A stretch of 62,320 nt of DNA, the filler included, from Platydemus manokwari (lineage: Eukaryota), in the NCBI GenBank assembly GCA_037951405.1. It is 5 parts of 5 records of this genome, joined end to end, with 100 filler letters (N's around TTAATTAATTAA, not from the genome) between each part and the next. Parts side by side here need not be neighbours in the genome. Positions count along the whole stretch, not along the records: positions 43,090 to 52,582 come from JBBMOY011241096.1; positions 52,683 to 62,320 come from JBBMOY011223655.1; 3 more parts are not named here. One strand, 5' to 3'. Within the stretch, counting starts at the first letter, position 1. Every line of letters starts with the position of its first letter. Below the pieces are notes generated by a model, which worked only from the letters and a program-made list of their open reading frames with translations, was not told where the DNA came from and made no database searches. The translations under genes and the position numbers were made by a program. Below, one piece after another: positions 48,851 to 62,320 of the stretch.

Positions 48851-51800
48851 TTGTTATTTGGACTTTGTAGAAAAATAGTCTTGAAATTTCTTCAGAAGTG
48901 TTTTCTTTTCCTGCATTTCCGTTAGCTGTTTCTTTACCCGAGCTCATAATTTCAGTCCTTTTCGTGTAGTTATTGTCGCATTGATGCTAAATCCTGAACC
49001 TTGTCGTTTTCTGTCTTAGTTTGTGTGAAGTGTTGGAAAGGTGCCCCGATGCACTCAAGGGTAAATTGATATGGACGATGAGGGAAACTGGTGTTGGGTG
49101 GTTTATGTTGTTGTTTATTGTTATTAGGTTCAACTTAACAGCTTAATTTCTTCAATATGATTTTAAAATTATTACTCGAATCAAATAAAAACAATTAAAT
49201 TACAGTTTAATTTATGAAAGTACAAATAGATTCACAAAATTAACTCAAAGCAAACTTTTAACTCAAACCAAATCAGTCACCTGGGAACGTGAGAACCTAT
49301 GATTTTGCCTTATAAAATTTATTATAGATTTTATGCAATGTTGCGGTTCTGGCCCAATAATTAATTCACATTGGAAAAAAATGTGTATACATTTTCATGA
49401 CAATGCGTATGAAATATGCGTTAATTTTTATTGTGTCAACTTTTATTTTATCAGCACGTATTCTTTGTTTTAACAACTCTTGGAATTTTGGGCAAAAACC
49501 TGTTTAAAATATTGATATTTATGATAATTATTATTTATATATACGTAAAATAATAATACCAATAAAATCGCCATCAGCAAATCCATCGAAATTCCCTAAA
49601 ATAATAAATTAATTTATAAAATATCAATACGCAATAAGATTTCGCGCATTAACACGCGACAAATTAATTGTCAACTATTTTCGCCTATGAAGATCATGTC
49701 ACAGAATTAAATAATTACTTTATTAAATTTAATTGGGGTGTATTTTCTCTGTCTGATAAATTTACTCAGAGAGAATTTCTCTCACCAGTGAATAAATTCT
49801 ATCGATAAAATAATAAATTTACTGGAATTAGATTTAATCGCAGAGAATATCTGCGAATGATTCACACTGCCTATATAAGGCAGTAACCAAAATCAATAAG
49901 GATACTATTTTGATATAATTTTAGTTGACACAATACCGCTATTATTTTAGCCCGACGTTATACGCTACATAAATTGGAGAAGACACATCACTTGAATCTC
50001 AATTTAACGCACTGAGGATATCTGTTGCTAAAAACCAGTTTTCACGTATATACCGGGCATTTGCTGGAAGACCCAAAGTAAGACCATACCTGTATAATAC
50101 TAATCTATATTATATACTGTATCGTTTTATTCATATTATGGAGTTTGTTACTCAAAGATCTTGAAGGTAACCGGTTTTGCTGCAAGAGTGTGCAGCTTAT
50201 CAACCGCCATCTTAGCCCAGGAGTTGTAAGATTTGTCTTTAGCATAATTTGATGTATAGTGTATTTTTCAAAATCAACCTGTAATTTTTATTTTAGTTTA
50301 TGATAATCTGTTTTGTATAGGTGTTATATTTAATAAACATTTGTAGCATTAAAGTTTTAGTTATTATTCATATAGGGATTGTAAAATTGTTACTCATTGT
50401 TATTGACATAGATAATAGTTATAATTTTATAAAACTGATACTGATGGTTGGTTGAGTAAAATATATCACTACTGCCACACCTATTGTCCTCACAAAATAA
50501 GGTTGTGCGAGGTGAAGGAACAGCAACATAAGGTATATTACGCCTGTGGCCTTAATCAAGAGCTCGTTAACACTGATTAAGTCAGTAGTGGTATCAAATA
50601 GGGTTAAGTTTAGTTAAACAATAAAATCAATAAGGCCCGAACGTAACAGTAATATTGATTCCTAAGATGAGACTCTTCATAATTCATAATATTTATTATT
50701 ATAATTATTAAAAAATATTGTTGATTTACCTTTTGGTGTACTTTTCGTGTTATACTTTAATTTAAGATTTTTCAACTCGAAATTTTTAAGAGTGAATTGT
50801 GATGGAAATCCACTTTATATAGATGCTGATGATTTTCCATCACTCTTGTAAATTTTAAACATTTTTTACTACTTTATCCCTTAATTATTTATTCTTTTAA
50901 AAGTCCCTTAACCTATTACTATTAATTTAACCAATACTATTAATTTGGATGACATTATAAACCTTTAATATATAAATTGTAAACCTTTAAAATTATTTAT
51001 TTTATTTATTTTTTAATCTTTGCTTATTTCTGATTATAATTACTTAATTTATAAATAATAATATATATTTCATTGACATAATTTATTTACAGATTTAATT
51101 TCGGACTTTTTATAAATAAAAATCATAAAATCGAATCATAAAAAAATTTCATCAATAAAATTTAATATCAGAATTATCAGATCACAAATAAATTGACAAA
51201 GTTGAATGAATGATGTAGTCTTTTAATGTGACATTAGTCATTTTACTGTATAATCAATAATCTATGAAATTATTGTGTTTGATTATATTTTATAGTGGAA
51301 TCTGTTTGTATAAAAAGCAGGGTAAAGGAAGCAAATGTAGGAAATGGTTATCAACACTGAGAAATTATTAATTTAGGAAATAATTAATCAATAAAAGATA
51401 TATAAATAAGTAAGAGGAGCCAATTAACAAATCGTAAATATCAGACATGAAGAAACGCACATGGTTAAAATAAATAAATATATAAAAGATTATTAAGTAT
51501 TGGCAACTATCAAATAATTATCATAATTAGCTGAATAATAAGTGACGACAAATCACGTAGACGTGGGCGTAAGGACCCAAGCACCTATAAATACTGTGAT
51601 AAGATTCAGCTAAACCACCACTAACACTAAGTGATAACCGAACGGCGAGCAGAAAACTAACTGATAATAATCTTAGTTATTCACATTAATCTGACAGGGT
51701 CAATATTAGACATTCACGACAATCGATAATCTTTGACAAAACTTGGAATTATTCTATCGAATCTTACAGAAGGAGCGAGTTACGAGAGTTCACTAGGACA

Positions 51801-54800
51801 TTTTATTACCGCACAACTTAAGAGTAAGGATCGTTTATTGCCATATCGTTTTTATCATTCCTGAATTATAATTTAATAGGTAAACATAATTTAACTACAT
51901 CGTTTAACTAAAGTAACCATTGTGTCGATAATTTCACTTTTTACTAAAACTCTCCTTCGACCCTCTTACGGATTCGCTGGTTAATTGCTTAGGGAAGTTA
52001 CTAGTTATTTGACTTATTTCTTTTGTGCTCATTCATACTAATTGTTATTTTTGTATTTTTCCTAAATAAATATTTTTTACGGCATCCAGTGGGACTTCTT
52101 GATAATTAATAAGAACTCGTAATTTCGATTAAAAGTTTGACGTCAATAACCCAGAAAAGGGCACCGTGAACCAGCATAAAATATTATTAAGGCGTAAATC
52201 TGAGATATTATTGTTTGTATCAACCTTGGACATTCATTCACAATTCAATCATTTTCAGGCCCAAAGCAGAATTAGTTCCTCTGTGCAAAAGACATTTTAT
52301 TAGATTAACTCTTTTTCCAGAAATAGAGTAGTCAACAATGTTTAAATTCAGAGTTGATTGCAATAATTTTGTTATATATTTTTTGTGAGCCAATCCCATT
52401 TTTTGTCTTTGTTGATAAATTGCTTCATCTAGTGGGCGTGTCTGGGAGTAATTGTGATTTTTGAAAAAAAATTGCCGTTATCCTGGCAATGCTATTATTT
52501 CTATTATTTTTATTCCTTTGGTTTACTGGTAACTATTTGATTTTATTTATTTTCTTGAGGTTATTTCAATGTTTCTAATATTNNNNNNNNNNNNNNNNNN
52601 NNNNNNNNNNNNNNNNNNNNNNNNNNTTAATTAATTAANNNNNNNNNNNNNNNNNNNNNNNNNNNNNNNNNNNNNNNNNNNNGTGTCTATTTTAGGAATT
52701 ACGTCATTACTATTTTAGGACTTTGGTCTATTTATGTAATTTTAATTATGTGAAATTATTGTGAAATTATGTGATTGTATTGTGGGCGTAATATGTTATT
52801 TGATGATTCACTGTGGGTGGATATTGGATCCTAACAGTTCATATTGGCGGGACATCATTGAATTGATAAACTTTTTCTAAGTTGAAGATGAATGTAGTAT
52901 AGCATTGTAATAATAAATAGACGGATTGAATTGTACCAATTAAAATGTATCAATTAAAAGATAACTTAAAGTGCGAAGCATTCAAGAAAAAAAACATTTG
53001 AAAAGAACAAAAGTGGAAATAAGAAAATCAAATTTGAAATGACGAAAAATAAGTGATATTCATGAAAATTATGAGAGAATAATAATAGTAACGTCATTGA
53101 ATCAGAGAAGATAAGTGACAATTAAACAATTCATTTAAATAATGTTACAAAATTTAATTCAAAACAACTGAGCGTCATGCATATTGAATTTTTGTAAAAT
53201 AAGGTAACAATACCTAGATTCATATCAAACTGCATTTTTACTTGTAGCAAATAATTAGCCATAGGATAACGGAATTACTCCAAGTCACATATTTGGAAAG
53301 AAGCAGAAATTCTATACCAATACTTGGATTTAACGCAAAGGAAAAACCTGAGAAGATATCTATTGGAGAGAAATTCAAATAGTAACATTAATCACACTTT
53401 TTTGGAGCACTTAAATTTTTTATTGTATTTTCAAGAAAATGATAACAAATTATATATTATTTAAATAATTAAATATTCAAAGTATCTGCTAACATTTTAA
53501 TGTTGAGATTTTTCGATATGCCTCGTGTGGATATCGCGTGATTAGGTAAAAAAAACAAACAAACAAATATCTATTTAAGACAATGATTAATTGGTTAACC
53601 GTGATAATTCACGACTTATAACATAGATTCTCTCTTGCGATTGAACCTATTATCACATTTCTCTTGGCTACGTCCAGTAGTTGATTGCTTATTAATCGTC
53701 TTTTAGCAGCATATCGCGTATTTTGATAATTCTTGTGCTGTTTTTTTTCGAATTGTTAAATTTTCCTTAGTTAAAAGTAAAGCCTATTAAAATCGTATAT
53801 GATATATAATGTTGAAAACAGAAGAATTGAAGGTTGCAATTTTTATTTTACTGAATTGTACAAAACTGTATGTATGTAAACGACTCCAAAAATCAGTATA
53901 TAACAACGGCATAAAACTTGGCTTCCAACTTGTAGTGGAGCATCTTTACATCAATATTTATACCTGAGATCTGTGTGTAATTTTTGTATTATGTTTAGAT
54001 TTGATCTTTAATTTCTCAATTAAATTTAATACTTTTATGTGTTCAGAACTGGTCAATCACTATGTGGGTCTAATTGTGTAGTTATGTCAATTTTTCGAAT
54101 TAAAAATTTCCATTTAAGTCCTCTCTGATTAGCTGATTGCTATGCCTTTATGGTTATGTCAGCATTCAAATACCTAAAGTGCCAAAATATTAACGACAAG
54201 CATATTCTAAATTACAAAATAACGCTCAACCTTATTTCAGCCAGAATTAACGTCTCGCTGCCGCAATTCATTCATGTATTACAGCTACATGCAGATAACT
54301 TCAATTTAACCTGTAATTAAATCTCCATACTGATTACAGAAGCTCTCTAGAACCCGTGATAGCTAAAATAAATTCCTACCCAGTAATTTATTATACAATC
54401 ATAGTTTATGCTTTGAAAATAAATAATAAAAAATACAGGATAAATAATATTTAATTAATATTTCAATCATAATCTTGTTGCAGTAATATAAAACGACAAG
54501 TAACTATTACTTTAAGAAGAAAAGTAATTTTTATAGCAATTTCAGCAGAATTAAAAATAAAAATGAATTATTTATTGAAGCATTAAAAATATAACGATGG
54601 ACAAACAACCTGTTCATACATTACAAAATGAAAAATATTGATTTAAATTTTACTGCCAATAAAATTAATAAAATCTTCATTATATCAAAAATAAGATTAT
54701 CAAAAGGCATATAAACACATAAAAATTCAGAATTATACACAATTAATGAGCTAGTCTAGTTTAAATAAATAATCTAAAGCTATATATTTACTGCTAATTT

Positions 54801-55699
54801 CTTAAAGTAAGCAATTTCTCTATAAACAATAAAACTCTGCTGAAAACCACGAATTAAAGAATAAAGGAAAATTACCATTAAATGTATTAAAAATTAAACG
54901 TTATAAATTAAATACTAGCTATACCAGGTAGATAAAAAATTCTTGAGTTGTTAATAAAACACAAGGCCAACCAAACCGTTGAGCAAATACTTGACCTGAA
55001 ATTTAATACCCAAAAACCAAAAAGGTGAACAATATTCATAACATTAGTTTCAGTGAATCTTAAAATTATAAAGACTTCTTGTAATTCCCGTGCTCAAATA
55101 ATAAATAATTGATTAAGAAATTTAATAAAATTGATATATATGCAGTTATTTCACCTCTATTGCATAAGTGTTCACTAAATAACAAATTTAGCATTCCAAT
55201 TAAATAATTTCGTTACGACAGTTCATATTTCATTAATTTTAAAGTATTAATAAATTATTACAAATCATCATTCAAATATTGATCACTCAGATTAAATGTT
55301 GACAAATCAATCAAGTGATTACATTTTTAATGTCAACAGTTTAGCAGTTCAGTTTAACAAAGTCAAATTTTTGGAACTACAAGCTTAATTATGCATTGAT
55401 AAACTTCAAAATATTTAATTTATCGATTGATTTATGCCAAATTCCACGTTAAATTTAAAATAATCCACCTGTTATCAATATTTAGACGCATTATTAATAT
55501 ATTTAGGAAAGAATTTGCATAGTTTAAAAAAATTGAAAATATCCATTGTTTATACTTACAATGCTTTAATAGCCAATAACAAATCGCTTGCAAATAATAT
55601 TCACAGATTTTACAGTCACACGGTCAACTATCTATCGGATAATTAACATGTTTATACAAATATCAATATCTATTGAAGGTTTATAATAACAATGAGAAA

Positions 55700-56347
55700 T
55701 TAGAGATAATAAGCGAGCCATCTAAAGCCCTCTCCATATCCTTGTCTCTTTAAAATAGAACACATGAACAACTCCAAAGGTCTGCGTCCACCCAATTCTT
55801 GCCTGGAAACTTGTCCTTTTCCTGTAATGAAGTTCTGAATTTCCAAATAGTATCGTAAAGCTTCTTCGTTTAGAGCACCTCCTTTATCTATTTTATTACC
55901 CAGAACTAGTATTGGCACATTTGAGATTTCGTCGTCTTGTATAAGTGCTTTCAACTCGATCTTAGCTTCATTTAAACTAAAATTATATATTAGTAAGATA
56001 ATCAATAAATTTATTAATTGTTCTCACCGTTGTTGATCGAAAGCATCAACTAGAAAAACAATTCCATCAATTGATGACATATAATTTTTCCAAATTTTCC
56101 TTGCCTGTTCATGCCCACCAAGATCATATGTGGTAAATCTCATTCCACCAATAACTAATTCATCTGTCGTTGGATGGAGAGTTGGATTGTGCGTTGCCAT
56201 TCTATCATCTTTCAACCTATGTAACATTGTGGTTTTACCAGCATTGTCTAAACCAAGAAACACAAGTCTTCCTGACTTTTTCCAAAGTCCTAAGTAGCTA
56301 AGAGCACTGGAAACTGTACCCGAAAACCACTCCCAAATACCACTCAT
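55700..56347 (-). CDS. SAR1: Small GTPase SAR1 (COPII); 2 exons, 56347-56028 and 55976-55700
   Basis: [31 protein letters not shown] and [18 protein letters not shown]; 51-nt GT-AG intron. Confidence 0.97.
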
Positions 56348-56788
56348 TGTTAGGAATTTTTAACAAGAATTGTACACAAAATTAAAAACAGAATTGTGAC
56401 GATGTATGTTAAATATAATTAGTTTATTCAAACAAACTCAATTGTATATGCCTAATTTATATTATTACAATATAAATGAGAATTTCAATGAATATGATTT
56501 TTTACTATATTAATTAAACTAAAGAAAAATTAATATTTAAAAACTTATTATTAACTAAGAAATTTAAACTGATAATTAAAATTTCCTAGTGCTTCAACTT
56601 TGAAATTGTGCATTGATCTCTTACTATCATAATAATTTCATTTTCTCTCCCTATAAACAAGATAACAGTGTGGCATAATTGTGGTAGGCAGAAAATCCGA
56701 TGAAAAGAAATTATCAAGCTAATGAATATGAACAACATTGTTTAGAAATTTCAATTATCAACACTTTTAACGAGCATAATAGTGTTCC

Positions 56789-57985
56789 ATGAAAAGTTTT
56801 AAAAATTTTATTGAATTTCGTAATTTTAAGCAGAAACCTAAACTATATGAAGTTTACTTACATAAAATCAATGATGCATTTATTATACTTGAAAAATCGA
56901 GAATGAAGTATAGAAAGTTGGCATTATTTTTATCGATATGTAATTTGGCAATGTTGGTAGCTTCAATACAATATGAAGCTAAATGGGTAAAGAGAATAAC
57001 CAATGAATCATTGTGGTCCGGTCTTTGGGATTTATGCTTTCTTTCAAAAAATGTCACTTTACTCGGCGTACATTTAAAAGTGATAGACGTGGAATATTAT
57101 GAACATCAAATGAGCGTTTGCCATTCCAAAATAGAATGTAAGTTTAATGATTTCTATTTGTGTTAATGTGATATATTCCTTGAATCAGTTTGCGCAATCT
57201 TCCATTACAACTCAAAGTTTGTAAATTTGATTCACAGTCTACATTTTATAATTTAACTTAAATTTTTACAACAATTTCATATGGAACAAATAAATTTGAA
57301 AATATACTTAAAATAATATTAAAATTTTAAAAATGAATAAATCTGATAAATTAATTTTTGATAACATAAGTTAAATTAGTTAAAACTTATACCACAACGT
57401 ATTATATTATATTTTTTTAAAAATATATTTGAAGTTGTAATAGAAAAAGTTGATAAGATAAAGATTGGAACAATTTTTTAAGATATCCAAAAGGCGGTTA
57501 TCGGAGCATTAATAGCTGCAATTGGTTCTGGTTTAATTGGGTCAATTTTATCAGTGGCTGGATTTTTAACTACTAATATCTATAAAAAATATTATTATTT
57601 TCATTCTGCAGCGGAATTTTTTCTAGTTTCAGGTAAGATACAAAATTATATGAAATTTAACATTTTTTTATAAATAGGTATAACTATCTTGTTAATCGTC
57701 ATTGCCTATCCTCTTTCTGTTCGACACTATTTAAATCAGGCAGAAAAATTTATATTAGGATATGGATATTATCTATGTTTGACTTCGACTTCTTTGTACT
57801 TTATAGAGTTCTACATCATGGTGTTGGACGAGTTCTGCTCTATTCCAGTAATCAACACTCCTAGTATTAGTGCTAGTAGTTCAAATGTCAAAACTTCAAC
57901 TATAATGAAATCCCAAAACAGTGCACGACAATCAATTTCTAATAACAAAGGTCTTCGCAAACCAAATGCCAATGATTGGGTTTAA
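56789..57985 (+). CDS. PMP22/EMP/claudin-superfamily four-TM protein; 3 exons (56789-57137, 57483-57632, 57677-57985)
   Basis: TM1 followed by W...SGLWDLC...C, two TMs in exon 2, and GYGYYL before TM4; GT-AG introns in compatible phase. Confidence 0.75.
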
Positions 57986-58550
57986 TACTGTTTAAAATTA
58001 TTTCCTTTAAATTGTAATGAAAATATATCAATCGTATACCCATTTATTTTAAAAAGCTTTGGAAATGAATATTTAAAATTGCATAACAAAATTATTTGAA
58101 CGTGAATGAATAACGTGATAATAAAACAGTTTATCTATCAACTTATTATTTTAATCTTCAATGTTAAAATCGTTGCAATATCGCATATTTTAAAAAGGAA
58201 TCTTAGAGCTTACATCTTTGTAGCATGTTTATTAAGCTTGGCTTGATTTATTCTAACTGGTAAATTAAAATTATTTTTTTACTCGTAAAATATGTAATTC
58301 CGAGTTTTATACTGTATTTATAAGATTATAACTACCTTTAAATACCATGAGTTAGAGCACAAATATTAGTTTCAGACTCGAAAATATCTATAATTACTAT
58401 TATTTTCCAAGCTAACGGTACAATAGAATTCTAATGTAAATTATTTGTACAAATAGTAAGCATGGTAAGCATTATAATTTAATGCACTTTTCTAAAACTT
58501 CAATAGTTTCATTATACTTCCTCATATATTTTTTTAAGTATAAAGCTACA

Positions 58551-59135
58551 TCAAATTAAATGGGTTTGTATGTTTGGCGTTATTTTAAATTTGTATTGGA
58601 ATGGTAACTCTAAATCTTTGTAAGGCCTATCTGAAAAGTAAATCCTTCTAATTGTGAAATTAGCGTTTACAACCACTCTCAGAGTTTGAGCATATGATAT
58701 ACCGTAACATTCACTAGCCAATTTTTCTAAATCAAGCACAACCGTATTCCAATTCGGATAGAGATCAATACGCAAAACAGTTGTAAATGGATGAATTATA
58801 ACTACTGGTGAAAAATTATTAACTCTAAATTTTCTTTTAAAACCACTCCTATCTAGAATTTCAACTTCAAAACTGAATGCGGTGTTGGTATTTTTCGTGA
58901 TCATAACAAAATACCTCATACGAATTCCCAATACGTCTTTCCGATTTTTAGGACATTCTATAAAATTATTCACTGATGTTGGGCCTTTGAAATCTAAAAC
59001 TAAGGAATTGATTATCGAATCAGTTTGCCTTTTAATTATTCCATTTTTGTTTTCCACTTTCCAATTTAAACATGGTTTATTTCCAATACTGTAAAGAATG
59101 GTAATTAAACCGCGTTGACTAATATTATGATACAT
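58551..59135 (-). CDS. CFAP20: CFAP20/BUG22 family protein, divergent, single exon
   Basis: Q.GLITILYSIG.KP..W..NG.IKR.TD, FSFEVEILD, W N.V.DL, Y.QTLRV.V.AN..IRRIYFSDR.Y. Confidence 0.88.
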   Translation of the reverse strand: MYHNISQRGLITILYSIGNKPCLNWKVENKNGIIKRQTDSIINSLVLDFKGPTSVNNFIECPKNRKDVLGIRMRYFVMITKNTNTAFSFEVEILDRSGFKRKFRVNNFSPVVIIHPFTTVLRIDLYPNWNTVVLDLEKLASECYGISYAQTLRVVVNANFTIRRIYFSDRPYKDLELPFQYKFKITPNIQTHLI

Positions 59136-60093
59136 ACAATATAAAAGAAATCAATAAAAATATATATTTCGATCACACATATCAGTCAGATTTATCTATT
59201 CGTATCAATACATGCCTTTTGTTGGAATATCCGTCTATCTAAACAAGTACAATAAATTTTTGTTCCAAAAATGAATTATTAATTATTTAAAATAATTGGA
59301 ATCTTGGCAATGTTTTAAAAAATTCTGTAATTATTTATCATAAAATAATCATGAAAAATCTGAAAAGAAAATTATCAAATTTTTTTTTATAAAAATCAAT
59401 TCAATAATAAGGATTTGTGAGTAAGCCAACATTTATTATATTTGGCAATACAGCAAGAAAATGTTTCAAATATTTTTAAACTTTATATGAATAAAACATT
59501 ATTTATTAACTGATTATAAAGTATAAAATAAATTTTTGGGGGAGCTGTTTAAAAGTGAGATCTCTGTCTTGAATTAAATGTTTTTCTGGATCACCAGGAA
59601 TTATTAATGAAATACATCAAGTTTTTTTTATAATGCGTCAATCTTAAATAATCGGTTAAGTAAACTAACTTTCGAAAAAATAGCTCCAGAAATAATATTC
59701 TTAGTGAATATGGAAGATTTTGCTTAGATATTTTTGGACTAAATGATATTCCATTAATCTCTCCTGATTCAGTAAAAAAAGAATTGAAGTTAAATTCTAC
59801 TTTTACAAACTATAAAATAAGTTCAACAGATATTAAATACAAAACTATCATTAAATAAAAAAATGCATTTTATAGTAATCTGAAATACGGAATCCCGCCG
59901 AAACCTTATATATATCTTATCAAAAATATAATCTAGAGATATTATGTTTGATATCATTAATTATTAATGAAATAATAATGAAAATATATTGATAGACAGT
60001 TTAGAATAGTTTCCCTTTTGAAAACAAACCCTAGTTGCTTTAAAAATTGAAATTAATATTTATTACATCCGGTGATTATTTTAATGATATGAA

Positions 60094-60291
60094 TCAATTG
60101 GCATTAGAGAAATTATAAATGAAAATCACAGTGTTTGGAGACCGAGTTGTACCTAGATTTGATTTGTTGTAGATTTTGCTGCTAACAACTTGATCAAAAA
60201 ATCTATCAATGATAATCGAATTGCTGCATCCTGGAGCTAATGAATCTGATGACATGTTAGACTTGAAATAAATTGATTAAATATCTACCAA

Positions 60292-60325
<34 letters not shown>

Positions 60326-61440
60326 TACTAGGATTATTTCCTCGTGTTGAGAAATGTTTCTTTGTCTTTTTTCAATTATAGGAAGACTTTTAGAACCAGG
60401 AATGCGATCTAAATGCGTTCCAATAACTAGAATAGGTATTTTACAAGTGGCACTTGGTATTCTATACCAATCTGAATTTGTAGAAAAAACAGGAAACGAG
60501 TCATCCAAATAAGGGTTTAACATGGATGATTCTTCTTGATATCTATCTAGACTAGAAGTAATTCAAAATAAAATATCAAAATTAATTATAATCTACTTCA
60601 TATCATAGTTACAGCTTAATATTTCATTAACCCAATCCCCAAGATTATTTCCGGATTTTTTGTTAGTAATATCATAAACAAGAATTATGCCATCTGTGTT
60701 TGAATAAAACATTGACCTGGAATTTGTATGATTCTTATAACCACCAATATCCCATAATTCGACATAATAACTCGATTGAGATGGAGTTCCAGCTTGGTAG
60801 TCATGTAACTAAGAAAGACGAAATGATGATTATTTAAACCTTACAAATTCCAAAAGTAGAAATCTCAGTTTCATTATCTAATATCAATTTGTCTTGAAAT
60901 TTAAAATAAAAATTGTATTCATAATTTTAAACTTGTTTGTACCTTAACCTATATTATGAGTAATCCAGGATAAGACTAAATCACAAATTTAAAATATACG
61001 TTCAAATCTTTACTTTGATTTTTGCAATTCAATAACACAATTAATTAACAATTAGTAATTCTCATATCAAAAGTGATAATGCACTCATTCAAAATTTAAA
61101 ATGAATTATAACATTTTGAACAGTTTTTAAAAAATATAAATTATCAACAAAAAATACTTTGATTTCAACTTGTGCTCCAATAGTCCAACTTGGATTAGTT
61201 AAAACTTTGTTGTAGCACAGTAGGTGCGTTAAAGCTGTTTTCCCAACACCTGGATTAGTTACAAAGTCAAATTAATTATATTATATGAATTAACTATAAA
61301 TTATTTCGTCTTAATAATTTTTTTAAAATATATGATCATAAGCATTGATATTAAGATAACAAATATTAAGGGAATTAAAATCTCCATAATTTACCGGAAT
61401 CACCAGCAACGATGACTTTCACCTTTTGATAATTTGACAT
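60094..61440 (-). CDS. RABL3: Rab-like protein 3, multi-exon (3' end approximate)
   Basis: KVKVIVAGDSG|VGKTALTHLL...PSWTIGA.VEIK|LHDYQAGTP...VELWDIGG...RSMFY...GIILVYDITNKKS..NL..W; IPILVIGTHLD; LAPG.SN...FFD.V. Confidence 0.9.
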
Positions 61441-62246
61441 AAAATTTCGAATATATAAACAAAAGATGACGAAATTTATATTTAATTTATTATCAAAACT
61501 GATTTCTTTCTAAAACAACGTGCTTCCCTCAATTATAATTGCCAATATAATAATGGAGTTATATTTTTCAATTTTTATATATAAAAATGAAACTCAAATG
61601 ATTATAATTTGAAAATTTGTAGTTAGTAAAATCACCTTTAATTCATTTTTTAAACCTTATTTTTTAAAAACTTTTGGATTAACATCAAGGATTTCAGAAA
61701 ATTAACAATTTAATGAAGCTAATATTTAATATAATACGAAGAAAATCACAAACCATGTTCAAAATATAAAAGTGAACTGTTATTTTAAACACGATGAAAA
61801 TATCCACTCGTTGAATATACAATAATATGATAAACCACTTGCAATAATAATTACTCTGTTTTGTCCAGAAAGTGTGTAAATCTAATTCAGTGCATGAGAT
61901 CAATTAGCTGTTAGTGTCGGGAACTATCAACTTTGAAATGATAAACAATGATGTGAATAAATGTTATTTGTTGATGTATAATTTTTGTGGTTATGGTTTT
62001 ATTATCAAAATCCTAGTGTGAGTTCTTTACTACCAGTTGAAGCCTGATGTCAATCTTATAGGTGCTTCAATTAAAATATTATAATAAAAATAAATCAATA
62101 ATCAAAAATGAAGATAATGTCAACACTTTTTATTTTAATCTACTACAAATATTCAAAATCGCATGCTATAATAATACAAAAATCTAATATAAATGCCCTT
62201 TCTTAAAAAAAATTTCAATTCAATCAAACTTAATTCATTCAAGCAC

Positions 62247-62320
<74 letters not shown>
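62247..62320. repeat. (TTA)n microsatellite
   Basis: Pure trinucleotide run to the end of the window. Confidence 0.95.

Noticed and set aside
49600-52000. Additional solo LTR-like segments (TATA boxes at ~49872 and ~51586)
   Set aside because: No second copy, PBS or TSD could be identified to fix the boundaries.
62247-62320. Telomeric repeat at the window end
   Set aside because: (TTA)n lacks G-rich telomere character, and AAT/TTA microsatellites are frequent throughout this window.

Overview
AT-rich eukaryotic (metazoan-type) scaffold with short GT-AG introns and N-gaps, several of which contain a TTAATTAATTAA spacer. Host genes lie at both ends. On the left are a Kv2/Shab channel exon, FAM50/XAP5, nischarin and a possible PKI-like peptide. 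On the right are SAR1, a PMP22/claudin-like gene, a divergent CFAP20 and RABL3. The middle (~17-52 kb) is a graveyard of mobile and virus-like DNA. The most notable structure is at ~18-27 kb: a same-strand, head-to-tail array of rearranged R2/NeSL-superfamily (restriction-like endonuclease, RLE) non-LTR retrotransposon pieces whose junctions repeatedly carry U1 snRNA fragments (5' end, SL1-SL3, Sm site). The element also carries a conserved hairpin reproducing the U1 SL1 loop and a covarying 3'-terminal hairpin. This is a candidate U1-snRNA-targeting retrotransposon. Also present are a divergent RNA polymerase largest-subunit N-terminus overlapping a zinc-finger ORF, repeated virus-like cassettes, Ty3/Gypsy relics with antisense membrane ORFs, and several MITEs. 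All calls come from reading the sequence only; no database searches were run.
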